64,000 nt of DNA from an uncultured Chromatiaceae bacterium (GCA_964421045.1 CAYQVF010000011.1:1551-65550); one strand, 5' to 3'; shown: positions 50,608-61,864, numbered from the stretch's first letter. A program made the numbers and translations. Notes: generated by a model from the letters alone, not told the origin.

Positions 50608-52004
50608 CTGACCTTGCCATCTTGCTAGGGCTGGCATTCATGGCTGTCTGTGCGGCATTCGCGACACTGCACAGCATGCGCCTAGGCCGACTAACACTGA
50701 TAGACTGGGCCTTTCTCAGTATGGCCGGAGTCTATGGTGGTGGGTGGGCGTTGGTAGCATTTGTGACAAAACAAGGTGGTAACCCCACTTGGTCAGCCTG
50801 GCTGCTGCCTTTTGAAAACCTCTATCCGATTCACACCCTCAGTAGTTTGATTCTCGCAGGCTCCATGGCGGTTGGGTGGTGGCTATTGGGATCACGGGCA
50901 CGCCTTCAATATCAACAAATACGTCTGAGGCCTTTGAAAAGTATCGAGGCTCGGTTGGTCGCGATGATGTGGCTACTGCTTTTCAGCGCTTTTTTAACGC
51001 AATGGCTTTACTCACAGGCTTATGGTGGCTTTATTGGCATGCTCGAGTATTCTTCATTAATTCGTGCATCAATATTCGATAAGGTTCCAACCAACTTTTT
51101 TAGTTTTTTAAAACCATTCGGTGGCCTGGCTTTATTTGCATCGTTCGGGTTCTTCGGTCTCTGGCTATGCAAACGGCGTCGTGCGGGCGTTATTGTTGGC
51201 CTTGTGTTATCCACCATGTTTTCGGTTTACCTACTTTATTCTTGGCTAGGGAGAATTGGCTTTCTCGTATATTTGGCAACCTTTGTACTCGGGGCATTAT
51301 TGTATATGCGCCCGCGTCCATCGATCCTGCTGGTGATGGGCGCTATAACAATGTCTGCCATCCTTGCTGGATCCTACTATATTAGTGTATGGCTGAATCT
51401 GAAATCGGCTGATAATTTTTTTGTTTTTCTGGCTCGCGAACTTTCGTTTCCATTTAGCAGCTTCTTTGCTCAACTCGACTTAGGGGAACACCTGTTTCGT
51501 GGATTCAAAGATTTTCTTATTTCTCCTATATATTTGCTGCCCTCGTCGTGGTGGTCGGAATGGGTAGTGAACATTAGTCAGATCAATACTGCCGTCATTA
51601 TGGGTATGCCTAAGGGCGAGCAGGGAGTAACTCGCGGTATTCCGGTCGATTTGCTTACACTTGGCCTCATGCAGGCATCGGTTTTTGGTGTTGCCGTTGT
51701 CGGGCTTATGTTCGGGGTTCTGCTTCGTTTTATTCAATTTCTGCTTGACCGACTTCCACATCCCGGTGTTCGTGCAGTATTCGAGGCTTATGTGACGCTT
51801 ACTATTGCCGTTCTGGGAGTGTTTTATGCCCAGCCGGAACTGTTTATTTCATCAAATTTGGCTTTACTTGTAGTGGTGACGCTGTTGATTATTTTTCTTA
51901 AAACTCCGGCGTTTGTATGGTTTACGGTACGTTGCAAACCGCCCGCAATATATGCATGCAGCACCGATGAAGGCTATGTGCCCTTAGGGAGGCAGACAAA
52001 ATGA
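50604..52004 (+). CDS. wzy: Polytopic membrane protein, candidate Wzy-type polymerase
   Basis: 466 aa with more than 10 hydrophobic segments. It is ATGA-coupled to both flanking GT genes and sits in a wzx/wzz locus. There is no diagnostic motif, as expected for Wzy. Confidence 0.5.
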   Translation: MTDLAILLGLAFMAVCAAFATLHSMRLGRLTLIDWAFLSMAGVYGGGWALVAFVTKQGGNPTWSAWLLPFENLYPIHTLSSLILAGSMAVGWWLLGSRARLQYQQIRLRPLKSIEARLVAMMWLLLFSAFLTQWLYSQAYGGFIGMLEYSSLIRASIFDKVPTNFFSFLKPFGGLALFASFGFFGLWLCKRRRAGVIVGLVLSTMFSVYLLYSWLGRIGFLVYLATFVLGALLYMRPRPSILLVMGAITMSAILAGSYYISVWLNLKSADNFFVFLARELSFPFSSFFAQLDLGEHLFRGFKDFLISPIYLLPSSWWSEWVVNISQINTAVIMGMPKGEQGVTRGIPVDLLTLGLMQASVFGVAVVGLMFGVLLRFIQFLLDRLPHPGVRAVFEAYVTLTIAVLGVFYAQPELFISSNLALLVVVTLLIIFLKTPAFVWFTVRCKPPAIYACSTDEGYVPLGRQTK

Positions 52005-53143
52005 GGGTCGTTCATATCATTACTGGTCTCGCTATAGGTGGTGCAGAGAGAGCACTTTATAATCTTCTACATGGGGGGCTGAGCACGTGCTTTGATAATC
52101 ATGTAATTTCATTGAGCGATGAAGGAACCATGGGGCTACAGATTAGAGCGCTTGGGGTGCCTATTACTACACTGGATATGCGTGGTGGACGACCCTCGTT
52201 TTCCGGGTTGGCAAAATTACGTCGGACAGTTCGAGAACTCAAGCCTGACTTGATCCAAGGCTGGATGTATCACGGCAATCTTGCTGCTTCTATGGTGCGC
52301 TACTTTTTATCGGGTCACCTTGTGCTGGCCTGGAATATACGCCACTCCCTGTCGGACTTAGCTTATGAAAAGCCAATGACACGACAGGTGATACGTGCGA
52401 ACCGACTTTGTTCTTCTGTCCCTGATGTTCTTCTCTACAACAGCCATCTTTCGAGAAAACAACATGAAGCATTTGGCTTTTCTTCACTGAATGGGTGGGT
52501 TATTCCTAATGGGATTGATCTGCAGAAATTTTGTTTTTCATCGGATGCGCGATTGCGAGTGCGAGCTGAGCTATCTATCCCTGCTGAGGCTTTGATTGTC
52601 GGACATGTGGCGCGTCTACACCCGATGAAAGATCATGCCAATTTTTTACAGGCGGCAGAGATGATTGCCCTGCGTTATCCTAATGCCCATTTTGTACTCA
52701 GTGGTCGGGATGTCAGCTTAGATAATGCTAGCCTTAAGAAAAAAATACCGATCGTACTCCAAAATAGATTCCATCTTCTGGGTGAGCGTCGCGATGTGGC
52801 TGATTTAATGAGTGCTATGGATGTTTTTTGTCTTTGCAGTGCATGGGGAGAAGGTTTTCCTAATGTGTTGGGAGAAGCGATGGCGGTTGGTATACCTTGT
52901 GTTGCCACTGATGTGGGCGATAGTGCATTAGTTATTGGTGACTGTGGTGTGGTGGTTACCCCTAGGGATAAAGCAGCTCTAGCGTTTGGTATTGAGTCGC
53001 TGTTTGCGTTACCTATCACTGAACGTCGCCTGTTAGGGGAGCAGGCGCGTAGCCGAATTGAAGATAAATTTACTTTGGGCGCAATCGTTGAACAGTATGC
53101 CGCTCGTTATAAAACAATAATTTTAGAAAAGAGAATGGGTTAA
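52001..53143 (+). CDS. Glycosyltransferase family 4
   Basis: N-terminal VVHIITGLAIGGAERAL. C-terminal CSAWGEGFPNVLGEAMAVGIPCVATDVGD. Confidence 0.85.
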   Translation: MRVVHIITGLAIGGAERALYNLLHGGLSTCFDNHVISLSDEGTMGLQIRALGVPITTLDMRGGRPSFSGLAKLRRTVRELKPDLIQGWMYHGNLAASMVRYFLSGHLVLAWNIRHSLSDLAYEKPMTRQVIRANRLCSSVPDVLLYNSHLSRKQHEAFGFSSLNGWVIPNGIDLQKFCFSSDARLRVRAELSIPAEALIVGHVARLHPMKDHANFLQAAEMIALRYPNAHFVLSGRDVSLDNASLKKKIPIVLQNRFHLLGERRDVADLMSAMDVFCLCSAWGEGFPNVLGEAMAVGIPCVATDVGDSALVIGDCGVVVTPRDKAALAFGIESLFALPITERRLLGEQARSRIEDKFTLGAIVEQYAARYKTIILEKRMG

Positions 53144-54113
53144 TGTGCGGCATAGTCGGTTATTGGGATAAACGTGGCGCAGATGCCACGATGGTCGAAC
53201 AGATGGCGCTGCGTATTCAACATCGTGATCCAGATGATGCGGGTGTTTGGTTGAATCAATCGGAGAATTTAGCGATGGGTGCATCGTTGCCTTGCTATTA
53301 TAGACCTGTCACTGACAGGGCATCAGCCAATGATATCCCCCTGTGGCCGTTTTACCCTAGTGTTTAATGGAGAGATCTATAATCACCCTGGTTTTCGCGT
53401 AGATAGAGAGTGAGAAAGGTTATTTTGATTGGCGAGGTCATTCGGATACGGAAACTTTGTTGGCCGCCTTGCGACCTTGGGGAGTAGAAGGGGGCGCTTC
53501 AACGGCTGAATGGTATGTTTGCTTTTGCGTTGTGGGACAATGTGGAACGTACCTTCTTTCTGAAATCGTAATGAGAGAGGAGCCATTTTACTATGGTTAT
53601 AGTGGCGGTAGCTTCTTGTTTGCTTCAGAGTTTTGTGGTCGTTCGAGATATCGAGCAGGAAATTTCCGAGCCTCAGCAGTGCTATTGGGATTTGGGTTAA
53701 ATCGCCGGAAACGCTGTGATAGATGCGAAGGGGTCGCCGAAGGAGTAGTACATTAATGAATTAGACCCCCTGTGTCAGGGTAGTTAAATTTGCTATACCA
53801 ATGTCTCTCAAGTATAGAGGTGGTAAAGGTAAGTGGTTACTCCGTGAAGTGCTGTACTGGTATGTACCTCGTGAGCTGATGAAACGTCCTAAAATGGGTT
53901 TTGGAGTGCCGATAGATTATTGGTTGCGTGGCTCTTTGCGCGAGTGGGGTGAGGGTTTTTTGGTGAGAAACGCTTTAGAAAAGAAGGTTTTTTGGCCCTG
54001 CGTCGATACGGAAAATGTGGCATGAGCATGTTGTCGGCAAGCGCCGGTGGCACTATTATTTGTGGGATGTACTGATGTTTCAGGTTTGGTTAGAAAGTAC
54101 AAAGGGGATTTAA
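53143..54113 (+). pseudogene. asnB: Glutamine-hydrolysing asparagine synthase (AsnB-type amidotransferase) pseudogene
   Basis: The MCGIVGYW N-terminal nucleophile is present. [58 protein letters not shown] and PFYYGY..FLFASE lie in three different frames with stops between them. The reading then jumps to a C-terminal KGKWLLREVLYWYVPRELMKRPKMGFGVPIDYWLRG. The total is about 970 nt, against the roughly 1.8 kb expected. Confidence 0.85.
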
Positions 54114-55006
54114 TGAAGAGGTTTTTTCCGTGGTGGGCAAAGATAATTGTCAAGATGGTATTGTCAAAAATGCCACTACGTTACAGTTTTTTTGCCAAAA
54201 TTGGTTTGTTTCGTCATGGACAGATGGACAACCCTAGATATGCACTGCAGATTTTTCAGAATCATTTTCAACGGACAGAGTTTTCTAAAAAAAAAGGTGG
54301 TTTCGTAGCGCTAGAGCTTGGCCCGGGTGATTCTTTTGTCTCAGCAATTGTGGCGAATGCCTATGGTGCATCGAAGTGTTACATGGTTGATGCAGGTAAC
54401 TTTGCGGTTAATGATATAAAAGTTTATCAGCGGTTAATGGAAAACTTACAATCTGTTGAGGTTGATGTCAGGGTAGCTGTTGATAGTGCATCGATAGAAG
54501 ATCTTTTGGAGCGGGTTGGTGGAATATATTTAACTAATGGGTTGCAATCTCTTCGTTCCATTCCAGATGATAGTGTGGACTTTATCTGGTCACAGGCTGT
54601 TCTCGAACATGTTAGGTTAGGAGACTTTAATGAAATGATGTATGAATTAAGACGTATTTTACGGCCTAATGGTGTTGCATCCCATCGCGTTGATTTGAAA
54701 GACCACCTTGGGGGAGCGTTAAATAATTTAAGGTTTTCTACAAAAGTTTGGGAGTCGAAATGGATGGCTAAGTCTGGATTTTATACAAACCGAATTCGAT
54801 ATTCGGATATGACCGACCGATTTGAAAATGCAGGATTTAGTGTGGATGTGTTGCAGGTGGATAAGTGGGATCGTTTGCCTATTCCAAGAGAGAGTATGTC
54901 AAAAGAGTTTTTAGATCATTCAGAGGATGAACTCTGTATTTCTGGTTTTGATGTTTTATTGCGTAAAAATGATTTTGAGTATACTTTGAGTAGATCCATT
55001 GCCTAA
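54113..55006 (+). CDS. Class I SAM-dependent methyltransferase
   Basis: VALELGPGDSF (motif I) and VDFIWSQAVLEHV are present. The ATG at 54113 overlaps the asnB-remnant stop (TAATG); the track start at 54047 is an extension into the pseudogene. Confidence 0.72.
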   Translation: MKRFFPWWAKIIVKMVLSKMPLRYSFFAKIGLFRHGQMDNPRYALQIFQNHFQRTEFSKKKGGFVALELGPGDSFVSAIVANAYGASKCYMVDAGNFAVNDIKVYQRLMENLQSVEVDVRVAVDSASIEDLLERVGGIYLTNGLQSLRSIPDDSVDFIWSQAVLEHVRLGDFNEMMYELRRILRPNGVASHRVDLKDHLGGALNNLRFSTKVWESKWMAKSGFYTNRIRYSDMTDRFENAGFSVDVLQVDKWDRLPIPRESMSKEFLDHSEDELCISGFDVLLRKNDFEYTLSRSIA

Positions 55007-56153
55007 AAAAAAAATTATTTATTTAGTTACCGAGGATTGGTATTTCTGTTCACATCGACTGCCTATCGCCAGGGCTGCCAGGGCTGCTGGGCTTGAGGTT
55101 GTTGTTGCAACTCGCGTAAATGCACATGCCGATAGTATTACGCAAGAAGGGTTTCGTTTGATTCCTTTGCAAATGCGTCGGCGAAGTAAAAATCCCCTAC
55201 GAGAATTGGCGGCAGTTCTGGAAATTATTAATATCTATCGTCGCGAGCGCCCAGACCTGGTTCACCATGTTGCTATGAAGCCTGTGTTATACGGTTCTCT
55301 AGCTGCCCGATTAGTGGGGGTATCGGTTGTAATTAATGCACTTGCGGGATTGGGTTTTGTGTTTTCCTCTGATCGTTGGAAGGCAAAACTGCTCAAACCA
55401 TGGATCCGATTTGCTTTCCGGCTGTTGTTTAATCAAGGGCGTGGCAAGGTTATTCTTCAGAACCCAGATGATCAACGCCTGTTGACTGAATCTGATGTGA
55501 TACCACTGGATCATTCTGTGCTAATTCGAGGTTCGGGTGTGGATGTCTTGCGCTTCCGGGCATTTTCCGAACCAGAAGATAGCCCGATAGTAGTAGCTCT
55601 GGTTGCACGGATGCTGCTGGATAAGGGTGTGGTGGAATTTGTAGAAGCTGCTCGGTTACTTATGCAGCAGGGTGTATTATTCAAGGCAATTTTGGTGGGT
55701 GAGCCTGATCCAGAAAACCCAGAGTCAATTTCAGAGGATCAACTGCGGTCTTGGCAAACTGAAGGAATTGTTGAATGGTGGGGGCAGCGAAGCGATATCC
55801 CGGCTGTATGGGCGCAATCACATATTGCGGTGCTACCTACAACTTATGGTGAAGGGTTGCCTATGACTCTGCTGGAAGCCGCCGCTTGTGCTCGCCCAAT
55901 CATTGCCACTGATGTACCGGGTTGTCGGGAAATTGTACAGCATGAGAGTAATGGCTTACTGGTTCCTGTTAAAGATCCCATAGCGCTTGCCTATGCGATC
56001 GAACAATTGGTTACTAATAAAGAGCTACGTTACACTATGGGCAGAAAGGGTAGAGAACTTGTGCAACGTGAGTTTTCTGAGTCGATTGTAGTATGCAAAA
56101 CACTGGACTTGTATCGTTCTATGCTTGGGCAATGCTGGCCGGAATCTTCATGA
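54999..56153 (+). CDS. Glycosyltransferase family 4
   Basis: N-terminal IIYLVTEDWYFCSHRLPIARAA. C-terminal PTTYGEGLPMTLLEAAACARPIIATDVPGCRE. The start is TTG, immediately before an A10 tract. Confidence 0.85.
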   Translation: MPKKKIIYLVTEDWYFCSHRLPIARAARAAGLEVVVATRVNAHADSITQEGFRLIPLQMRRRSKNPLRELAAVLEIINIYRRERPDLVHHVAMKPVLYGSLAARLVGVSVVINALAGLGFVFSSDRWKAKLLKPWIRFAFRLLFNQGRGKVILQNPDDQRLLTESDVIPLDHSVLIRGSGVDVLRFRAFSEPEDSPIVVALVARMLLDKGVVEFVEAARLLMQQGVLFKAILVGEPDPENPESISEDQLRSWQTEGIVEWWGQRSDIPAVWAQSHIAVLPTTYGEGLPMTLLEAAACARPIIATDVPGCREIVQHESNGLLVPVKDPIALAYAIEQLVTNKELRYTMGRKGRELVQREFSESIVVCKTLDLYRSMLGQCWPESS

Positions 56154-57133
56154 TGTCGTCACTTCGATTTGCACTGGTAAGTGGTGCAACGGGCTTTATT
56201 GGTCAGGTGCTGTGTCAGCAGCTCCGTGAACAGGGTGTGCAGGTTCGGGGGGGGATGCGTCAGGTGACCAAAGGTCCTTGGGATGAAGTGGTTTTGTTCG
56301 ATCTTGTGCAAAAATTACCAGAGGATGCGCTGGTTGGTGTCGATACCATTTTCCATTTAGCTGGAAAAGCGCATGCGCTTTCTGAAACCCAACAGGATGA
56401 AGAAGAGTATTTTCGTATCAACACGGAAGGAACCGCTACCTTGCTTGAAGCCGCTAAACGTGCAGATGTGCGTTGCTTTGTTTTTATCAGTAGTGTGAAA
56501 GCGATGGGTGAAGGTGGCGATGTTGGTCAGGATGAAAGTGAAGAGTGTTATCCGGAAACACCCTACGGTAAAAGTAAGCGAGCTGCAGAACGTTTGGTAT
56601 TGGAGGGCGGCTATGTGCCGGAGCCTGTGGTGCTACGTTTGTGCATGGTCTATGGTTCCTCACATAAAGGCAATTTACCTCGGATGATCGAAGCCGTAGC
56701 AAAAGGACGTTTTCCACCTTTGCCGGAGGTGGGTAACCAGCGCTCCATGGTTCATGTGATGGATGTAGTACAGGCAGCATTATTAGCTTCGGAAAAACCA
56801 GCGGCGATTGGTCAGACGTATATCGTCACCGATGGGCAAGCTTATTCTACGCGACAAATGTATGAATGGATTTGCGAAGCACTGGATAAGCCGGTACCGG
56901 CTTGGGCTATACCGATAGTGATATTGAAAATACTGGCGAAAGTGGGCGATGGTATGGGTAGGGTGCGCAGGCGACGATTTTTATTTGATTCAGATGCTTT
57001 GGATAAATTGATTGGCTCTGCTTATTACTCATCAGAGAAAATCCAGAGAGAGCTGGGGTTTCGACCCGCGCGGGATTTGCGATCTGCTTTGTTAGATATG
57101 GTAACTTACCTGGGTGTGACGCGCTCTAGTTAA
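56150..57133 (+). CDS. NAD-dependent sugar epimerase/dehydratase (SDR family)
   Basis: Contains VSGATGFIGQ and YGKSK (YxxxK). The ATG at 56150 overlaps the upstream TGA (ATGA); the track start at 56093 is an extension. Confidence 0.85.
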   Translation: MMSSLRFALVSGATGFIGQVLCQQLREQGVQVRGGMRQVTKGPWDEVVLFDLVQKLPEDALVGVDTIFHLAGKAHALSETQQDEEEYFRINTEGTATLLEAAKRADVRCFVFISSVKAMGEGGDVGQDESEECYPETPYGKSKRAAERLVLEGGYVPEPVVLRLCMVYGSSHKGNLPRMIEAVAKGRFPPLPEVGNQRSMVHVMDVVQAALLASEKPAAIGQTYIVTDGQAYSTRQMYEWICEALDKPVPAWAIPIVILKILAKVGDGMGRVRRRRFLFDSDALDKLIGSAYYSSEKIQRELGFRPARDLRSALLDMVTYLGVTRSS

Positions 57134-57147
57134 CAACGAAGTCGAAA

Positions 57148-57711
57148 ATGCCAAAACGATTTTTTGATATTATATTATCTGCTACTTTGTTAGTGGTCTT
57201 TACACTGCCCATTGTGTTGATCGTAGTGGCGATCCGCCTGACTTCGGCGGGTTCGGTAATTTATTACTCAGACCGGGTTGGTAGGAATAACCAAATATTC
57301 CACATGCCAAAATTCCGCACCATGCGAGTCGAGACCCCCGCGATAGCTACTCATCTTATGGAAAACCCGGAGGTGTATCTCACTCCAATTGGTGCATTTT
57401 TACGTAAATCGAGTCTCGATGAATTACCTCAACTCTGGAGTATTTTGATTGGTGATATGAGTGTGGTGGGCCCCCGACCTGCCTTGTTTAATCAGGATGA
57501 TTTGATAGCGCTGCGTTCTGCAGCGGGTGTTCAGAAGATCACTCCGGGCTTGACCGGCTGGGCACAAATTAATGGTCGAGATGAGCTTCCCATCCTTGAA
57601 AAAGTGAAGCTTGATGTAGAGTACATGCAACAGCAATCGTTTTATTTTGATCTTAAAATCATTTTTTTAACGTTTGCTCGTGTTATTTATCGCCAGGGTG
57701 TATCTCATTGA
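57148..57711 (+). CDS. Small monotopic phosphoglycosyl transferase (PglC/WbaP-C-terminal type initiating sugar transferase)
   Basis: 187 aa. Contains KRFFDIILSA, RVGRNNQIFHMPKFRTM, DELPQLWSILIGDMSVVGPRP and GLTGWAQING. Confidence 0.9.
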   Translation: MPKRFFDIILSATLLVVFTLPIVLIVVAIRLTSAGSVIYYSDRVGRNNQIFHMPKFRTMRVETPAIATHLMENPEVYLTPIGAFLRKSSLDELPQLWSILIGDMSVVGPRPALFNQDDLIALRSAAGVQKITPGLTGWAQINGRDELPILEKVKLDVEYMQQQSFYFDLKIIFLTFARVIYRQGVSH

Positions 57712-57921
57712 TCTCTAAAGTGGATCCTATACCCTAGCGTTGCATAAAATTCATACTCAAATAGATCATGCCGTTTGATTTCTTTTACTGAAACACCAGA
57801 TTTGACAATAACTCGTATTATTATCTGGGGAATTGTGGGTAATCGGAAACAGATTTAAGTATGGCTGAGCATTATGGGTAATCAGGAAAGTCTATTGGGG
57901 TAGCTTGTCGTCGTACTTCCC

Positions 57922-58836
<915 letters not shown>

Positions 58837-58852
58837 CTATTTAGAATGAAAA

Positions 58853-59308
58853 TTAATGTCGACCTGAATGACCAAATCCCCCTTCGGCGCGCTCACTTTC
58901 GTTAAATTCAGTGACGATGGCCAATTCAGCAACGATAATGGGTACAAACACCATTTGCGCGATACGTTCCCACGGCTGAATGGTATACGCCGTATTGCCA
59001 CGGTTCCAACAAGAGACAAAGACTTGGCCTTGGTAGTCTGAATCAATTAAACCGACCAAGTTCCCCAGAACAATACCGTGCTTATGACCCAGACCCGAAC
59101 GGGGCAGTAGCATCGCAGCCATGGCCGGATCTGCGATATGAATTGCAATACCTGTGGGGATGAGCTGCGTTTCGCCGGGTTTGATTTCCAGAGGTGTATC
59201 AAGGCAGGCTCGCAAATCCATGCCCGCCGAACCTTGTGTGGCATAATCAGGTAAAGGAAACTCGTTACCGATACGGGAATCAAGAATTTTTATTTCTATT
59301 TTTTTCAT
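58853..59308 (-). CDS. dut: dUTP diphosphatase
   Basis: Contains [33 protein letters not shown] and [10 protein letters not shown]. Confidence 0.95.
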   Translation of the reverse strand: MKKIEIKILDSRIGNEFPLPDYATQGSAGMDLRACLDTPLEIKPGETQLIPTGIAIHIADPAMAAMLLPRSGLGHKHGIVLGNLVGLIDSDYQGQVFVSCWNRGNTAYTIQPWERIAQMVFVPIIVAELAIVTEFNESERAEGGFGHSGRH

Positions 59309-60485
59309 TATATTTCTCTATTATGAGGGCTACAAGTCGTTTTGCCAGGTCACACTTCGCCATAACGGGAAACGTTTCTTCTCCCCCTTGCCAAATAACG
59401 GTTAATGCATTTTGATCGCTATCAAAACCTTGCCCCTCGATACTGACATCGTTGGCTGCGATCATATCCAGTTGCTTTTTTTCCAGTTTAAGTCTGGCAT
59501 ATTTTGCAATATGCTCTGTTTCCGCAGCAAACCCTACGCTGAATATTGAACTTGCTGTACGTACACCTTCAGCAAGAACATCCGGATTTAATATCAAGGG
59601 AAGAACCTGTTCTGCTGTTGATTTTTTAATTTTGTTACTGGCAATATCGCGGGGGCGATAATCGCTAACGGCGGCAGCGGCGATAAAAATATCACACTCT
59701 TTCAGGTTTTGCTGTACAGCCTGATGCATCTCCTGCGCGGTTTCAATTTGGATCCGGCTAACCCCAAAAGGCGTTTCAAGCGTAACAGGGCCACTCACCA
59801 AAACAACTTCAGCGCCATAGTCATGCAGCGCTGCGGCAAGCTCATAGCCCATTTTTCCAGAGCTGCGATTGCTAATGTAGCGCACTGGATCGATGGGTTC
59901 TCTGGTCGGCCCTGCGGTCACCAGGGTTCGCACTCCCGCCAACGCGCAATGCATACCTTCATTGTCAACAAGCCGCTGCATGATGTCCTGCGGCTCTAAC
60001 ATGCGCCCGAAACCCACATCACCGCACGCCTGCACCCCTTCAGTCGGATCCAGAATGATCACGCCTCGCTGACGCAACACAGCACAGTTGTCCTGGGTTG
60101 CAACATTAGACCACATCCATTGATTCATTGCCGGTGCAATAAATAGAGGCACAGACCTCGCCAGGCAAACGGTTGTCACCACGTCATTAGCTTGTCCGGT
60201 TGCCAGTTTTGCCATAAAGTCAGCAGTTGCTGGCGCAATCAAAACCATGTCAGCCCAGCGCGATAATTCGATGTGGTCCATGCCGGCGACACTATTAGCC
60301 GTCAATAAATCGGTGCAAACAGGATGGCCTGATAGCGCCTGAAAGGTCAACGGTGTCACAAATCGGGTTGCCGCTTCGCTCATTACCACTCTAACCTCAG
60401 CTCCTGAGCGCTGCAAACACCTTAAAAGCTCTGCGCTTTTGTAGGCCGCAATGCCACCGGTGATGCCTAACAGTATTTTTTTCAT
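59280..60485 (-). CDS. coaBC: Bifunctional phosphopantothenoylcysteine decarboxylase / phosphopantothenate-cysteine ligase
   Basis: Contains [31 protein letters not shown] and AAAVSDYRP. The 3' end overlaps the dut start by 29 nt. Confidence 0.95.
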   Translation of the reverse strand: MKKILLGITGGIAAYKSAELLRCLQRSGAEVRVVMSEAATRFVTPLTFQALSGHPVCTDLLTANSVAGMDHIELSRWADMVLIAPATADFMAKLATGQANDVVTTVCLARSVPLFIAPAMNQWMWSNVATQDNCAVLRQRGVIILDPTEGVQACGDVGFGRMLEPQDIMQRLVDNEGMHCALAGVRTLVTAGPTREPIDPVRYISNRSSGKMGYELAAALHDYGAEVVLVSGPVTLETPFGVSRIQIETAQEMHQAVQQNLKECDIFIAAAAVSDYRPRDIASNKIKKSTAEQVLPLILNPDVLAEGVRTASSIFSVGFAAETEHIAKYARLKLEKKQLDMIAANDVSIEGQGFDSDQNALTVIWQGGEETFPVMAKCDLAKRLVALIIEKYNEKNRNKNS

Positions 60486-60611
60486 TTGTTCTACTTTAAT
60501 CTACAAAAATAATGTCTAAATATGCCTACACAAATTGTAGCCTTTATTGGCAGCGACCCAAGCGATCTTCCGGGTATTGTAACGCTTTAATTTATAAGAG
60601 GTAAGCACATC

Positions 60612-61286
60612 ATGGCCATTACTCATTGGCCTCTTGCCGAACGGCCAAGAGAAAAACTATTAGCAAAAGGGCCGCAATGTCTCTCCGATGCAGAATTACT
60701 CGCCATTTTCTTGCGGACTGGCATTAAAGGTAAAACCGCTGTCGATCTGGCGAGAGAACTCATTCAGCAATTTGGGGGTCTCCGTCCTTTGTTGAAAGCC
60801 GGACAAAAGCAATTTTGTGTGATGCTCGGGCTGGGACCCGCCAAATATGCGCTGTTACAGGCCGTGCTTGAAATGAGTCGTCGACATTTGCTAGAACAGC
60901 TTACAGCGGGAGATTGTATCGCCCAACCCCGCGACACTCAACAATTTCTTATTGCTCATTTACGTGACTACCCACACGAGGTGTTTGCTTGTCTGTTCCT
61001 GGACAGTAAGAATCAAGTGATTAATTTTATAGAACTTTCCCACGGAACCCTCAATGGTGCAGCGGTCTACCCTCGAGAAGTGGTCAAGAAAGCTTTGCAT
61101 CATAACGCAGCGGCGGTCATCTTTGCGCATAATCATCCATCCGGTGTCACTGAACCCAGCCAAGCCGATATCAGGCTCACGCGCCGTTTGGTTGAGGCGC
61201 TGGCTCTGATCGATATACGGGTTTTAGATCATTTTATTGTGGGTAACGGCAAAACCACGTCCTTGGCTGAAAGAGGCTTATTATAA
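60612..61286 (+). CDS. radC: RadC-like JAB-domain protein (YicR/UPF0758)
   Basis: Contains [22 protein letters not shown] and HNHPSG (JAMM motif). Confidence 0.9.
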   Translation: MAITHWPLAERPREKLLAKGPQCLSDAELLAIFLRTGIKGKTAVDLARELIQQFGGLRPLLKAGQKQFCVMLGLGPAKYALLQAVLEMSRRHLLEQLTAGDCIAQPRDTQQFLIAHLRDYPHEVFACLFLDSKNQVINFIELSHGTLNGAAVYPREVVKKALHHNAAAVIFAHNHPSGVTEPSQADIRLTRRLVEALALIDIRVLDHFIVGNGKTTSLAERGLL

Positions 61287-61295
61287 ACTCCTTAC

Positions 61296-61324
61296 TTGAT
61301 CTGAAGCTGTAATTTTGGTATAAA
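61296..61324 (+). promoter_or_regulatory. Candidate sigma70 promoter for rpmB-rpmG
   Basis: TTGATC (61296-61301), a 17-nt spacer, then TATAAA (61319-61324). An 8-bp leader hairpin GGTCACTC-gtg-GAGTGACC lies at 61343-61361. Confidence 0.4.
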
Positions 61325-61393
61325 GTTCGGCTACGTTTGTTAGGTCACTCGTGGAGTGACCAAAATAAAAGAATTTCTTGGAGGTTTTTGTTC

Positions 61394-61630
61394 ATGTCAC
61401 GAGTTTGTCAGGTCACAGGTAAGCGGCCCATGACGGGGAATAATGTTTCCCACGCCAAAAACAGAACGCGACGTCGTTTTTTACCTAATCTTCAAACCCA
61501 CCGTTTTTGGGTTGAAAGTGAAAATCGCTGGATTCGACTGCGCCTTTCAACAAAAGGAATGCGTATTATTGATAAGTTAGGTATTGACTCGGTACTGCAA
61601 AAAATCCGCAATCAGGGTGAAAAAATTTAA
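61394..61630 (+). CDS. rpmB: 50S ribosomal protein L28
   Basis: Reads [34 protein letters not shown]. The ATG at 61394 follows GGAGG; the track start at 61337 is an extension. Confidence 0.95.
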   Translation: MSRVCQVTGKRPMTGNNVSHAKNRTRRRFLPNLQTHRFWVESENRWIRLRLSTKGMRIIDKLGIDSVLQKIRNQGEKI

Positions 61631-61641
61631 GGAGTTAAGGC

Positions 61642-61797
61642 ATGCGCGAAAAAATTAAACTCGTCTCCTCTGCCGGAACGGGTCACTATTACACGACTAC
61701 CAAAAATAAAAGAACGATGCCAGAAAAAATAGAAATCAAGAAATATGACCCTGTTGTACGTAAGCATGTCGCTTACAAAGAAGCAAAAATCAAATAA
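61642..61797 (+). CDS. rpmG: 50S ribosomal protein L33
   Basis: Hand-translated as [51 protein letters not shown] (51 aa, below the ORF-track cutoff). AAGGAG lies upstream. Confidence 0.93.
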   Translation: MREKIKLVSSAGTGHYYTTTKNKRTMPEKIEIKKYDPVVRKHVAYKEAKIK

Positions 61798-61864
61798 CAT
61801 AAAAAATGACTGACAAGGGGGCAATCTTGTTTCTGATCTGATACCCCCTCCATATCTTGCACTA

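Noticed and set aside
49327-50637. Long minus-strand ORFs (172 aa at 49327-49845, 157 aa at 50164-50637, and others) antisense to the FkbM and GT4 genes
   Set aside because: They lie in the GC-richer block, where stop codons are rare in all frames. They have R/P/Q/H-rich nonsense composition and no motifs. The sense-strand genes have clear family motifs and ATGA-type coupling.
53457-54025. Track ORFs 53457-53756 (99 aa) and 53801-54025 (74 aa) considered as independent small genes
   Set aside because: Both are out-of-frame or terminal fragments of the asnB pseudogene. They contain GHSDTE..., FLFASE and KRPKMGFGVPIDYWLRG pieces.
59280-59308. The 29-nt overlap between the coaBC 3' end and the dut start, considered as a sign of a frameshift or mis-assembly
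   Set aside because: Both proteins are full length with intact motifs. The coaBC tail ([12 protein letters not shown]) is a low-complexity extension, and overlaps in this conserved gene pair are unremarkable.
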